A DNA stretch of 64,000 bases from Acidimicrobiales bacterium (GTDB lineage Bacteria; Actinomycetota; Acidimicrobiia; Acidimicrobiales; JBBSGY01). How positions within the stretch are numbered: position 1 is the first letter of the stretch; each line of letters opens with the position of its first letter. The notes beneath the pieces were generated by a model that saw nothing but the letters and a program-made list of their open reading frames with translations, was not told where the DNA came from and made no database searches. Shown in pieces: positions 1 through 8,246 of the stretch. The stretch covers positions 11,112-75,111 of the forward strand of contig JBGAQY010000007.1 in NCBI GenBank assembly GCA_044220495.1. The letters are read 5' to 3'. Position numbers and translations under genes: made by a program.

Positions 1-1
1 G

Positions 2-475
2 TCGCTCGGGTGTCATATCGAGGAAGTCACCAACAACTAGGTTGCGCGCAAAGCCGCCCGCTCTTATTACATCGGCGTTTGATTCAAGCACTTCGATGCA
101 ATCGACCTCACAGCCGTACTCGCGTAGCGCTTTCGCGATCGCTCCCTGTCCGGCCGACGGTTCGAGAACGTGCATTCCCGGCTTCAGATCGATTGCAGCA
201 ATCAGTTGTTCGACGAGGCGCGGCGGCGTTGGGAAGTATCCAAAGTCTTGCGCAGTTGTGATCTGTCCTGTGAGAAGCATCTGTTCAATCGCTTCACTGG
301 GATCGCTGGGAAAAACGTGAGCGCCTAGTCTGCGATTCCACTTTCCGCCGGCCGCCACCAACGCTTTGTTGACCTTGACGTAGACGTCGCGCTCTAACTG
401 GTCGGGCAAATAGACGTTGTTGCCTTCTATGCGGACTTTGTCTAGAACGGCGAGTGCAGTGACGTCGACTCTCAT
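2..475 (-). CDS. SAM-dependent (probably N6-adenine DNA) methyltransferase, N-terminal part; runs off the window start
   Basis: Hand translation from ATG at 475: MRVDVTALAVLDKVRIEGNNVYLPDQLERDVYVKVNKALVAAGGKWNRRLGAHVF...QDFGYFPTPPRLVEQL...MHVLEPSAGQGAIA. Contains motif X (YFPTP) and motif I (LEPSAGxG). Absent from the ORF track because its stop lies outside the window. Confidence 0.8.
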   Translation of the reverse strand, partial: MRVDVTALAVLDKVRIEGNNVYLPDQLERDVYVKVNKALVAAGGKWNRRLGAHVFPSDPSEAIEQMLLTGQITTAQDFGYFPTPPRLVEQLIAAIDLKPGMHVLEPSAGQGAIAKALREYGCEVDCIEVLESNADVIRAGGFARNLVVGDFLDMTPER

Positions 476-600
476 TTAGTAATCACTCAGCGAGTCTCAC
501 GGGCCGCGCTTTTCCGACCAAATCTTGTGAATTTCGTGCTCTGCGAGCCGCACCACTCAGGCCGGAAGACAAAGTTGGGGCATTGGGTAGAGTGCCTGAC

Positions 601-1014
601 ATGGATTTCGAAAAGATTCGCCAGACCCTCGAAAGCGAAGAACAACGCCTGACTGCGATGAAGAGCGAGCTGCGAGAGAGCAGCGAACTCGATAGCAGTG
701 AGCAGTTCGAGAGTGGTGGCGAAATCAGTACGGTCGATCAACACTCAGCTGACTCTGCGAGTGAAGAGAGCCAGCGAGCCGTCACGTTGTCGATGCTCGA
801 ACAACTCGAAGCAGAACTCAACGACGTTGAGATTGCGCTTAAGAAACTCGACGACGGCACTTACGGAATCTGCGAAGCGTCGGGCGCGAAGATCCCCGAA
901 GAGCGTTTAGAAGCAGTGCCCACTGCGCGCTACACCGTTGAAGAGCAAGCCAAGCGCGAGAACGGTAACCGTCCGCACATCGAGTCAAGCGGCAACGCAG
1001 CGACACCCCTCTAA
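601..1014 (+). CDS. TraR/DksA family transcription factor with a degenerate zinc finger
   Basis: Coiled coil with DQHSADSA tip and C-terminal LDDGTYGICEASGAKIPEERLEAVPTARYTVEEQ. Start at ATG 601 or GTG/TTG 583. Confidence 0.85.
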   Translation: MDFEKIRQTLESEEQRLTAMKSELRESSELDSSEQFESGGEISTVDQHSADSASEESQRAVTLSMLEQLEAELNDVEIALKKLDDGTYGICEASGAKIPEERLEAVPTARYTVEEQAKRENGNRPHIESSGNAATPL

Positions 1015-1018
1015 CAGC

Positions 1019-2464
1019 ATGCGAAAGTGGCTCTTTGTCGGTGGCATTGGTGCCACTGCGGCCACAGCAAGTGCCGGTGTTGCACTGCGTGACCCACAAC
1101 GACGCGTTCATGTCGAACGTTCTTTGCGCGTTTGGCGTTTAACGGCGCGTCGGGGTTGGCAATTAGCTGGCTTGAAGTTGCGCGGTCATCGCGCCGACGA
1201 AGAGCGCCGGGCCGCGCTTGAAGAACAGTTTGTGATTCGCAGTGCAGAAGATGTTGCGCAAGTTCTTGGTGGCATGAAGGGCGCCATCATGAAGGCCGGG
1301 CAGATGTTCAGCTTCATTGCTGACGGGTTGCCCCCAGAAGCGGCTGCTGCACTCGCAACTCTGCAAGCCGACGTGGCTCCGATGTCACCAAGCCTTGCGT
1401 CACAAGTTGTGCGCGAAGAACTTGGCAAAGATCCTGAGCACATTTTCCTTGAGTGGAACCCCATCCCCATTGCTGCTGCATCGGTAGGTCAGGTGCACAA
1501 AGCAGTCTTGCGTGACGGACGAATCGTTGCTGTAAAAGTTCAGTATCCCGGCGTTGACACTGCAATCACCAGCGATCTCGACAATGCGCAAATGCTCTAC
1601 GCGATGTTTTCGCAGTTTGCCTTGCCGAGTCTTGATGTCAAAGCAATGGTTGACGAAGTTCGAGCGCGCATGGCTGATGAGCTCGATTATCGAATCGAAC
1701 TGCAATCACAACAAGAGTTTGCCGAACACTACGCAGACCATCCGTTCATTCGCATTCCCAATGTTGTGCCTGAGTACAGCGCGCGTCGCGTGTTGGTGAC
1801 TGAGTGGGTCGACGGCCTTAAGTGGCAAGAGTTTCTCGACACAGCCGGTGATGATCAGAAGCAAAAAGCAGCTGAGGTGCTCATGCGTTTCGCGCAGGGT
1901 TCGGTTTATTACCAACAGATGTTCAACGGCGACCCGCACCCGGGTAACTACAAGTTTCACGCTGATGGCACCGTCACGTTTCTCGACTTCGGTCTTGTAA
2001 AGAGATGGACCCAGAGCGAGATCGACGAGCTCAACCCCGTGCTCGATGCCGTTATGCAACAAGACGCGCAATCGCTCTTCGACAACATGTTGAAGTTGCA
2101 CTGCTTGCCTCGTGACTCTGATCTCGACCCTGCGAAGGTTTTGGATTACGCAAGCACGCCTTACATTCCGTTCTTGCAAGACGAGTTTCAATACAGCCGC
2201 GACTTCATGCGTCAGGCCCTTGCCAAGGTCATCGATATGGATGGCAACTACAAAGACCTTTTGAACCAACTCAATCTGCCTACCTCTTATGTCATCCTCG
2301 ATCGGCTTGTTTGGGGCTTGGGCGCGCTGCTTGGCCACCTCAATGCAAAGAACAACTGGCGCGGCTTGTTGGAGGAGTACCGCCACGAGGGTGCGCCAGT
2401 CACTGAGCTGGGCCGACAAGAGGCTGAGTGGCGTGCGCAGCGGGCCCACAGGCTTGTCAACTAA
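1019..2464 (+). CDS. AarF/ABC1/UbiB family atypical kinase
   Basis: MKAGQ (KxGQ), ASVGQVH, VAVKVQYPG, ELDY, DPHPGN and LDFG motifs. Confidence 0.92.
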   Translation: MRKWLFVGGIGATAATASAGVALRDPQRRVHVERSLRVWRLTARRGWQLAGLKLRGHRADEERRAALEEQFVIRSAEDVAQVLGGMKGAIMKAGQMFSFIADGLPPEAAAALATLQADVAPMSPSLASQVVREELGKDPEHIFLEWNPIPIAAASVGQVHKAVLRDGRIVAVKVQYPGVDTAITSDLDNAQMLYAMFSQFALPSLDVKAMVDEVRARMADELDYRIELQSQQEFAEHYADHPFIRIPNVVPEYSARRVLVTEWVDGLKWQEFLDTAGDDQKQKAAEVLMRFAQGSVYYQQMFNGDPHPGNYKFHADGTVTFLDFGLVKRWTQSEIDELNPVLDAVMQQDAQSLFDNMLKLHCLPRDSDLDPAKVLDYASTPYIPFLQDEFQYSRDFMRQALAKVIDMDGNYKDLLNQLNLPTSYVILDRLVWGLGALLGHLNAKNNWRGLLEEYRHEGAPVTELGRQEAEWRAQRAHRLVN

Positions 2465-2473
2465 ACAGGGGCG

Positions 2474-3046
2474 ATGGTTCTCGACATCGTGCAGGCGGGC
2501 GACCCCGTGTTGCGAGAGCAAGCGGCGCTCATCGATCCTGTTCACATAGGCACGCCTGAGTTCAACGAACTCATCCAGTCGATGATTGAAACAATGCGCG
2601 ACGCGCCAGGCGTTGGTCTTGCTGCTCCGCAAGTTGGTCTCGGCATTCAGTTAGTTGTGATCGAAGATCGTGAAGAGACGATCGAGTCGATAGACGAAGA
2701 GCGCCGTGAGGCAGCAGTGCGCACAGTCGTTCCGTTGACGGTTCTGATCAACCCAACGCTGGAGCCGATCGGCGACGAACTAGCCACGTTCTACGAGGGT
2801 TGTTTGAGCGTGCGTGGCTACGCAGCTGAAGTGTCGAGATTCTTTCGTGTGCGAGTCAAAGCACTGAACGAACACGGCGAAGAAGTCACACTCGAATGGG
2901 AGGGTTGGCCGGCGCGCATCTTGCAGCACGAGATCGATCACCTCAACGGCAACCTCTACGTCGATCGCATGGATTCACGCACGTTGTTTGCAACGGCATA
3001 TGAAGAAGATGACGATGACGAAGCAGACGAAGACCCGGACGATTAG
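2474..3046 (+). CDS. def: Peptide deformylase
   Basis: GVGLAAPQVG, EGCLS and QHEIDHLNG motifs. Confidence 0.95.
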   Translation: MVLDIVQAGDPVLREQAALIDPVHIGTPEFNELIQSMIETMRDAPGVGLAAPQVGLGIQLVVIEDREETIESIDEERREAAVRTVVPLTVLINPTLEPIGDELATFYEGCLSVRGYAAEVSRFFRVRVKALNEHGEEVTLEWEGWPARILQHEIDHLNGNLYVDRMDSRTLFATAYEEDDDDEADEDPDD

Positions 3047-3585
3047 TCGAGAACTTCGGAATCTTGAGTGCGCTCGATTGCCTCGTCGACCTCTAAACCT
3101 TTGGCGATGAGAAAACCGCGGGCGCGTTCGGTCTTTGGATAACGCTCGACGACGCGCCAGAAGTCTTCACCATGCCCGTGAATGCCTAGATGCACCAGCT
3201 CGTGGATGATCACGTAATCGATCACCCAACTTGGAAACTTGGCGACATGAGACGAGATTCGAATGGTGCGTGTTTCGGGCGTGCACGAACCCCATCGACT
3301 GTTCTGATTCTCAGCCCACTTGATGCTGGCGGGAGTCTGTAGTTGGTATCGCCCGGCGAGTTCGACCGCTCGCTGTTCGAGGTCTACTGCGCTCGCGTCA
3401 CGACGATTTTCGTATCGACGCAGGAGGGTCTCGACGTATTTCTCTTCTTCGGCCTTGCTTGCTGACGCCGGGATCGAGATGCGCACGCCGTCGGCCGTTG
3501 GGCGGAGCTCGACGGTCTTCTTACGGCGGGTGCTCCGCACCACCTCAATGCGCATGCCAGAAAAATTACTGGTCGCCCGTGACAT
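3043..3585 (-). CDS. M48/YgjP-like (DUF45) zinc metallopeptidase
   Basis: SRWGSCT...YVIIHELVHL...HGEDFW pattern. Confidence 0.85.
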   Translation of the reverse strand: MSRATSNFSGMRIEVVRSTRRKKTVELRPTADGVRISIPASASKAEEEKYVETLLRRYENRRDASAVDLEQRAVELAGRYQLQTPASIKWAENQNSRWGSCTPETRTIRISSHVAKFPSWVIDYVIIHELVHLGIHGHGEDFWRVVERYPKTERARGFLIAKGLEVDEAIERTQDSEVLD

Positions 3586-3691
3586 CGTGGCGGAGGGCTG
3601 CCGCCACCAGGGCGTTTCATCCGACGATTTTGGCTCGCGAACGTGCTGGTCAACGCATTAGGTGGCGATCAGTCGTAGTGTGGCGGGCGCC

Positions 3692-4243
3692 ATGAGTAAC
3701 CCAACGCTCGAAGAGCTCACCGGTCCTGAATTTGCGAGCGCAGTCGAGTCGCTGCCGCTCGACGAGCTGCGCCGCCGCCGCACGGCCTGTCAAGACGCCG
3801 AAGAGGCCTTGTCGCTGCAACGGCGACTCGTGCAAGGTCGTCTCGACATCGTGCAAGCCGATCTGTATCGACGCAGTGGTGGATCAGACGATGAAGTTGC
3901 GAATCTTGTTGCGTCACTTCCTGACATTTTGGTTGAGCACGGTGATCGTCATCTCGGTCCAGGGCGCCTGACCTCTGTCGAGAGTGGCTCAATCGCTCTC
4001 GGTGCAGATTTCGAGAAGCTTGTAGATCGTCTCGATGAAATAGTTGACGGCGCAAAGCTTTCGAGTCTCGACAGCTACGACGAATCAGACGTACGTCGAA
4101 TAGCGGACGAACTCGACGAACTCGAACGTGGCATTTCGGTCAAGCGTCATCAACTGCACAAACATATAGATCGATTTCAAGAAGAAGTGGTTCGTCGTTA
4201 CAAGACCGGCGAGGCCTCTGTCGAGGGATTGCTCGGTTCGTAA
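3692..4243 (+). CDS. rsiG: RsiG/AmfC family c-di-GMP-binding anti-sigma factor
   Basis: LDELRRRR...EEALSLQRRLVQGRLD matches E-x3-S-x2-R-x3-Q-x3-D; a second copy ERGISVKRHQLHKHID has Q replaced by H. Confidence 0.8.
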   Translation: MSNPTLEELTGPEFASAVESLPLDELRRRRTACQDAEEALSLQRRLVQGRLDIVQADLYRRSGGSDDEVANLVASLPDILVEHGDRHLGPGRLTSVESGSIALGADFEKLVDRLDEIVDGAKLSSLDSYDESDVRRIADELDELERGISVKRHQLHKHIDRFQEEVVRRYKTGEASVEGLLGS

Positions 4244-4282
4244 CTGCACTGCAAAACAAAGTGCGCTGCGACCGAAAGAGCG

Positions 4283-4316
4283 AACAATCGTGAACTGGAT
4301 CTTTCTCGATTGTTTT
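4283..4316 (+). terminator. Possible intrinsic terminator after rsiG
   Basis: Perfect 8-bp inverted repeat aacaatcg/cgattgtt followed by a short T run; the loop is long (16 nt). Confidence 0.35.
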
Positions 4317-4354
4317 GACCTACGCCGCTTGCCCAACTAGGTTGCTCGACCAAG

Positions 4355-4428
4355 ACGGGCTTGGAAGAACAGCACGCCTCATTCGTTCGGGGAAGTGCGA
4401 ATGAGGTGCGAGCACCTTCCAGGCCCGT
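4355..4428 (+). other. Long nested intergenic stem-loop of unknown function
   Basis: acgggcttggaag pairs with cttccaggcccgt, and cgcctcattcg pairs with cgaatgaggtg; the mismatches are G-U on the + strand. Confidence 0.55.
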
Positions 4429-4588
4429 TGCTTTGTTCTTGAAAGTGTTTCTGAAGTCAATTCTTGGTGGTTTGTTACTAACCAAAAGCGTTATCTGAAT
4501 TTGCCTGCCAGCGATGCGTTTTATTGAACGCTTGCCGCGCCCAACTAGATGGGCGGCGTCGTGGCTCAACTGATCGGACAATTTCGTA

Positions 4589-5698
4589 GTGACTTTTCTT
4601 GTCAACAACAAGCGCGCACGGCTGTTTGGGTGTGTTGCGATGCTGTTGTCATCAGCATTCATGGCGGCCCCTGCGGTAGCTGCTGATCAACCCGGCCCCA
4701 AAGCATCGATCGACGAACTGAAAGCAAGCGACGCCGAGCTAACGGCTGCTCTTGCTGATCTCGATGCACAGGTTGCCAAGAAGCAGATTTCATTGCGTAG
4801 CGCGCAGCAAGCTCTTGACGCAGCCAACACCGCTCTCGCCAACAGCGACTCGGCAATGGCACAAGCGCAAGCCCGTATTGATCAGCTGCGTGGCGCTGCT
4901 GCGCAACGCGCAATCGATCAATACATGTACCCACAAGATGATCCGATTGGCCGAGTCTTGGGTTCAGACGGGTTGGCCGATGTCGGCCGACGCGCTGCTT
5001 TGCTGCAAGAAGTCAACGGACGCGATCGCGATGTCATCGACCAGTTGGGTGCGGCACGCTCTGATCTCGAACGCGAACGCAAAGCAGCGACTGCTGCACG
5101 TGCAATCGCCGACCAGCGACGCGCAACTGAGCAAGCTGCTCTTGATCAGTTGACGAAGACGCGTGATGAAAAAGCACGACTCGATAAGTCGTTGCAACAG
5201 CGCATCGAAACCTACGCAGCTGAAGATGAAGCTGGCGCAGCAAGCACCAAGACGACGACTTCTGGTCGTGCATCACGCGGTGGTGCTTCGTCGGTTGACG
5301 ATCGCATCTCGGCTGCCGGCATGCGTTGGCCTCTGCAGGGTCCGATTCGTTCGCCGTTTGGGCCTCGATGGGGTCGTATGCACACCGGTATCGACATTGG
5401 TGGCACTGAAGGTGCGCCGATCTATGCGGCCAAGGCCGGCAAAGTTATTTCCGCCAACTACGACGGCAGCGGTTACGGCAACCTCACAAAGATCGACAAC
5501 GGCGGCGATCTCGAAACTTGGTATGCGCACCAAAGTCGAATTGCAGTCTCGGCCGGCCAAACTGTCGAAGCAGGCGAGCTCATCGGATATGTCGGCCATA
5601 CCGGCCATGTCGTCCCTGCCAACGCAAGCGGCGCCCACCTGCACTTCGAGACCCGCATCGGCGGCTCGCCGCGAAACCCTCAGCAATACCTGCCGTAA
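4589..5698 (+). CDS. Secreted M23 peptidase with an N-terminal coiled coil (murein hydrolase or activator type)
   Basis: Signal peptide (..AAPAVAA), long coiled coil, HTGIDIG and HLHFE zinc motifs, TWYAH; start codon uncertain. Confidence 0.92.
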   Translation: MTFLVNNKRARLFGCVAMLLSSAFMAAPAVAADQPGPKASIDELKASDAELTAALADLDAQVAKKQISLRSAQQALDAANTALANSDSAMAQAQARIDQLRGAAAQRAIDQYMYPQDDPIGRVLGSDGLADVGRRAALLQEVNGRDRDVIDQLGAARSDLERERKAATAARAIADQRRATEQAALDQLTKTRDEKARLDKSLQQRIETYAAEDEAGAASTKTTTSGRASRGGASSVDDRISAAGMRWPLQGPIRSPFGPRWGRMHTGIDIGGTEGAPIYAAKAGKVISANYDGSGYGNLTKIDNGGDLETWYAHQSRIAVSAGQTVEAGELIGYVGHTGHVVPANASGAHLHFETRIGGSPRNPQQYLP

Positions 5699-5766
5699 CG
5701 CCTGCTGCCAACATTGCTCACCGACTCCACCGTCGGTTCGATGGATCGTTCCACTAGCGTGACGCC

Positions 5767-6549
5767 ATGCTTTGCATAATCGGCGGCGGAAAAATGGGTG
5801 AAGCGCTACTTGCTGGTCTTACGGCCCACGGTCGCGAGGTCACCGTCATCGAACGTGATCCTGCTCGTCAGGAGTATCTGAAGATGCACCCCGCTGGCTA
5901 TCAAATCTCTGAGAAGCCTGTGCCATGCGAAGGCGCAATCATTGCGGTGAAGCCCAAAGACGTTGAGCTTGCGATAAGCGACGCGGTGACTGGTGGGGCA
6001 CAGCGCATCTTGTCGATCGCCACCGGCATAACGCTGGCCAAACTGCATCAAGCTGCTGGTGGTCGCGTGCCCGTCGTGCGTGCAATGCCCAACATCGGCG
6101 CGTTGGTTGAGCGTTCAGCCACGGCGATTTGTGGCGGATCGACTGCACACGAAGAAGACCTCGTGTGGGCTGAGTCTGTGTTGTCATCAAGCGGACGTGT
6201 TGTTCGCATTGCTGAAGATCAGATGGATGCCGTTACCGGGCTGTCGGGCTCGGGGCCGGCGTACTTGTTCTTGATTGCCGAAGCGATGATCGACGGTGGT
6301 GTCGCAGCAGGGCTTTCGCACAACGCAGCAACCGAACTGACAATCGAAACGTTTGTCGGCGCTGGTGCATTGTTGGCGTCAAAGACGCGCGCTCCGGCAC
6401 AATTGCGCGCTGATGTAACAACGCCAGCTGGCACGACCGCTGCTGCATTGAGACGTCTCGAAGATCGCGGTGTTCGCGCTGCGATTGTCGATGCAGTGTT
6501 GGCAGCGACGGCGCGCAGTCACGAACTCGGCTTGCCGCAGCAGCACTGA
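5767..6549 (+). CDS. proC: Pyrroline-5-carboxylate reductase
   Basis: IGGGKMG, RAMPN, TGLSGSGPAY and VTTPAGTT motifs. Confidence 0.96.
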   Translation: MLCIIGGGKMGEALLAGLTAHGREVTVIERDPARQEYLKMHPAGYQISEKPVPCEGAIIAVKPKDVELAISDAVTGGAQRILSIATGITLAKLHQAAGGRVPVVRAMPNIGALVERSATAICGGSTAHEEDLVWAESVLSSSGRVVRIAEDQMDAVTGLSGSGPAYLFLIAEAMIDGGVAAGLSHNAATELTIETFVGAGALLASKTRAPAQLRADVTTPAGTTAAALRRLEDRGVRAAIVDAVLAATARSHELGLPQQH

Positions 6550-6559
6550 CGCGCATTCG

Positions 6560-7369
6560 ATGACGAAGCAGTACCAAACGATCTCGTTTTTGAGCGATTA
6601 CGGATTGCGCGATGAGTTTGTGGGTGTAACCAAATCAGTGATCCATTCGATCGCTCCACACACCACTGTCATTGACATCACTCATGAAGTTCCGGCTTAC
6701 GACGTTCGTTCTGGATCACTCACGCTTGTTCGCGCGGCGAACTACTTGGTGGCTGGCGTAGTGATTGCTGTTGTTGATCCGGGCGTGGGATCGGCGCGGC
6801 GCGCGATTGCTGTTGAAGTCGGTGACGGCGAAAGCGTGCTCGTGGGCCCCGACAACGGGCTTCTTGCCCCAGTTGTGTCGCTCATCGGAGGGCCAACGCG
6901 GATCGTCGAGCTTGTCAACGAGAAGTACCAACTGACGACCGACGCAGCAACGTTTGCTGGCCGCGACATTTTTGGTCCAGCTGCCGCGCACATTTGCAAC
7001 GGAGTTGATCTTGCGGAGTTTGGTCCGTCGATCGACGCCTCAGAGTTGATGCCCGCGGTTGTGCCCTTCAGTGCCGTGTCGAACGGATCACTCGAAGCCG
7101 ACGTGTTGTGGGTCGATCGTTACGGCAATGTGCAACTCAATGTCACGCCGAATCAGCTGAGCGATTACGGCGATCGCATTGTCGTGAAGATGACGAGTGG
7201 GCCCGTCACTGCAACACGCGCTCGAGCGTTTGCTGATCTTGCTTCAGGCGAAGCGGGATTACTGATTGATGCAAGCGGTCTCGCCGCGTTGGTGCTCAAT
7301 CAAGACTCGGCCGCTGCTCGTTATTCAGTTGCCGAGGGCGACAGTGTTTCGCTTCACCGCCCGCTGTAA
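6560..7369 (+). CDS. SAM hydrolase / SAM-dependent halogenase family protein (DUF62)
   Basis: FLSDYG, DITH, VVDPGVG, GPDNG, TFAGRDIF and DRYGN motifs. Confidence 0.92.
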   Translation: MTKQYQTISFLSDYGLRDEFVGVTKSVIHSIAPHTTVIDITHEVPAYDVRSGSLTLVRAANYLVAGVVIAVVDPGVGSARRAIAVEVGDGESVLVGPDNGLLAPVVSLIGGPTRIVELVNEKYQLTTDAATFAGRDIFGPAAAHICNGVDLAEFGPSIDASELMPAVVPFSAVSNGSLEADVLWVDRYGNVQLNVTPNQLSDYGDRIVVKMTSGPVTATRARAFADLASGEAGLLIDASGLAALVLNQDSAAARYSVAEGDSVSLHRPL

Positions 7370-7379
7370 CTTCCGAGAA

Positions 7380-8096
7380 CTAGCCCTGGGTTGCGATCGA
7401 ACCGACTTCAGCCAGACCTTGCACAATGCGAGCCGACGGGGTCGGAAGCACGGGGGCTGGGGCTGGAGCAGGAGCTGGGGCCGCAACGGCGGGGGCCGGA
7501 GGCGGTGCAGGCTGAACGGCCTTGGCTGAGCTCGAGACAGGCTTGGGCTTGGCTGCTGGCTTAGGGGCAGCAGTCGGCTTTGGTGCTGCAGGCTTGGCGG
7601 CGGCAGCAACCTTGGGGGCCGGGCTCGACGAAGCCGAGCCACTCGATCCGCCAGCGCCTGGGTAGGCAGCGAAGACGTGTGAGGTGTAGATGCGGTTGTC
7701 GCTGCCAACGGCAACGCCTACGCCGATGCTGTTGAACGAGCCCTCGACCATGTTGCGGTAGTGGCCTGAGCTGGCGACGAGGGCGTCAAAGATGGCGTCG
7801 ACGTCTCCGCCGGTGCCCACGTTCTCGCCGACCTTGGTCCAGTTGCCCGGAACGCTGCCGAGAGCGGGGTTGTGCGAAATCTTGTTGGCGGCGGCCATTT
7901 TCTCGGCCCACGCCTGAGCGACGCCTGACAGACGACCGTCGACGCTGAGAGCGCCGAGGCCCTTTGATGCCCGCAGGCCGTTGATCTTGGAAACAAACTC
8001 GCCTGAAGTTGCTGCTGATGCTGGTGCTGATTGAAGGATGGAAACAAATAGGGCAATGGCAAGTGCCACAAATGCGATAGAGCTTCTTTTCTTCAA
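7380..8096 (-). CDS. Secreted CAP (SCP/Tpx/Ag5) domain protein with a Pro/Ala/Lys-rich linker
   Basis: Signal peptide; INGLR, SHN, GENVG, SSGHYRNM and IGVG CAP motifs; AGGAGG Shine-Dalgarno 7 nt before the TTG start. Confidence 0.9.
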   Translation of the reverse strand: MKKRSSIAFVALAIALFVSILQSAPASAATSGEFVSKINGLRASKGLGALSVDGRLSGVAQAWAEKMAAANKISHNPALGSVPGNWTKVGENVGTGGDVDAIFDALVASSGHYRNMVEGSFNSIGVGVAVGSDNRIYTSHVFAAYPGAGGSSGSASSSPAPKVAAAAKPAAPKPTAAPKPAAKPKPVSSSAKAVQPAPPPAPAVAAPAPAPAPAPVLPTPSARIVQGLAEVGSIATQG

Positions 8097-8136
8097 ACTT
8101 CAGCCTCCTGGTGATCCCACTTGGAGGCACGAATGC

Positions 8137-8229
8137 CCCATTCGGTAGCCCGGCTGCCATGAGGGAAGATCCCTGTAAGGCCCTTGGCTTTGCGCCTCAC
8201 CGATTTCTCGGTGGTTGCCGTTTCGTGGG
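8137..8229 (-). ncRNA. Class I cyclic-di-GMP (GEMM-I) riboswitch aptamer
   Basis: Minus strand CCCACGAAACGGCAACCACCGA-GAAA-UCGGUGAGGCGCAAAGCCAAGGGCCUUACAGGGAUCUUCCCUCAUGGCAGCCGGGCUACCGAAUGGG. It shows P1 CCCACG/CG..UGGG, a GNRA-capped P2, GCAAAGCC, a tetraloop-receptor-like CCUUA..AUGG, and G20/A47/C92 equivalents. Confidence 0.85.
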
Positions 8230-8246
8230 TGTTTGTTGTGGTGGCT

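Noticed and set aside
4244-4588. c-di-AMP (ydaO) riboswitch or SRP RNA before the M23 gene
   Set aside because: No GGGGUGAAUC or CAGCUAAC blocks. The minus-strand GGGCCUGGAAGG only superficially resembles SRP helix 8 and lacks the following CAGC.
4198-4662. 154-aa minus-strand ORF spanning the rsiG-M23 gap
   Set aside because: It overlaps both flanking genes, has no family features and has an atypical composition.
7430-7625. GC-rich short repeats in the CAP gene
   Set aside because: They encode the Pro/Ala/Lys linker of the protein.
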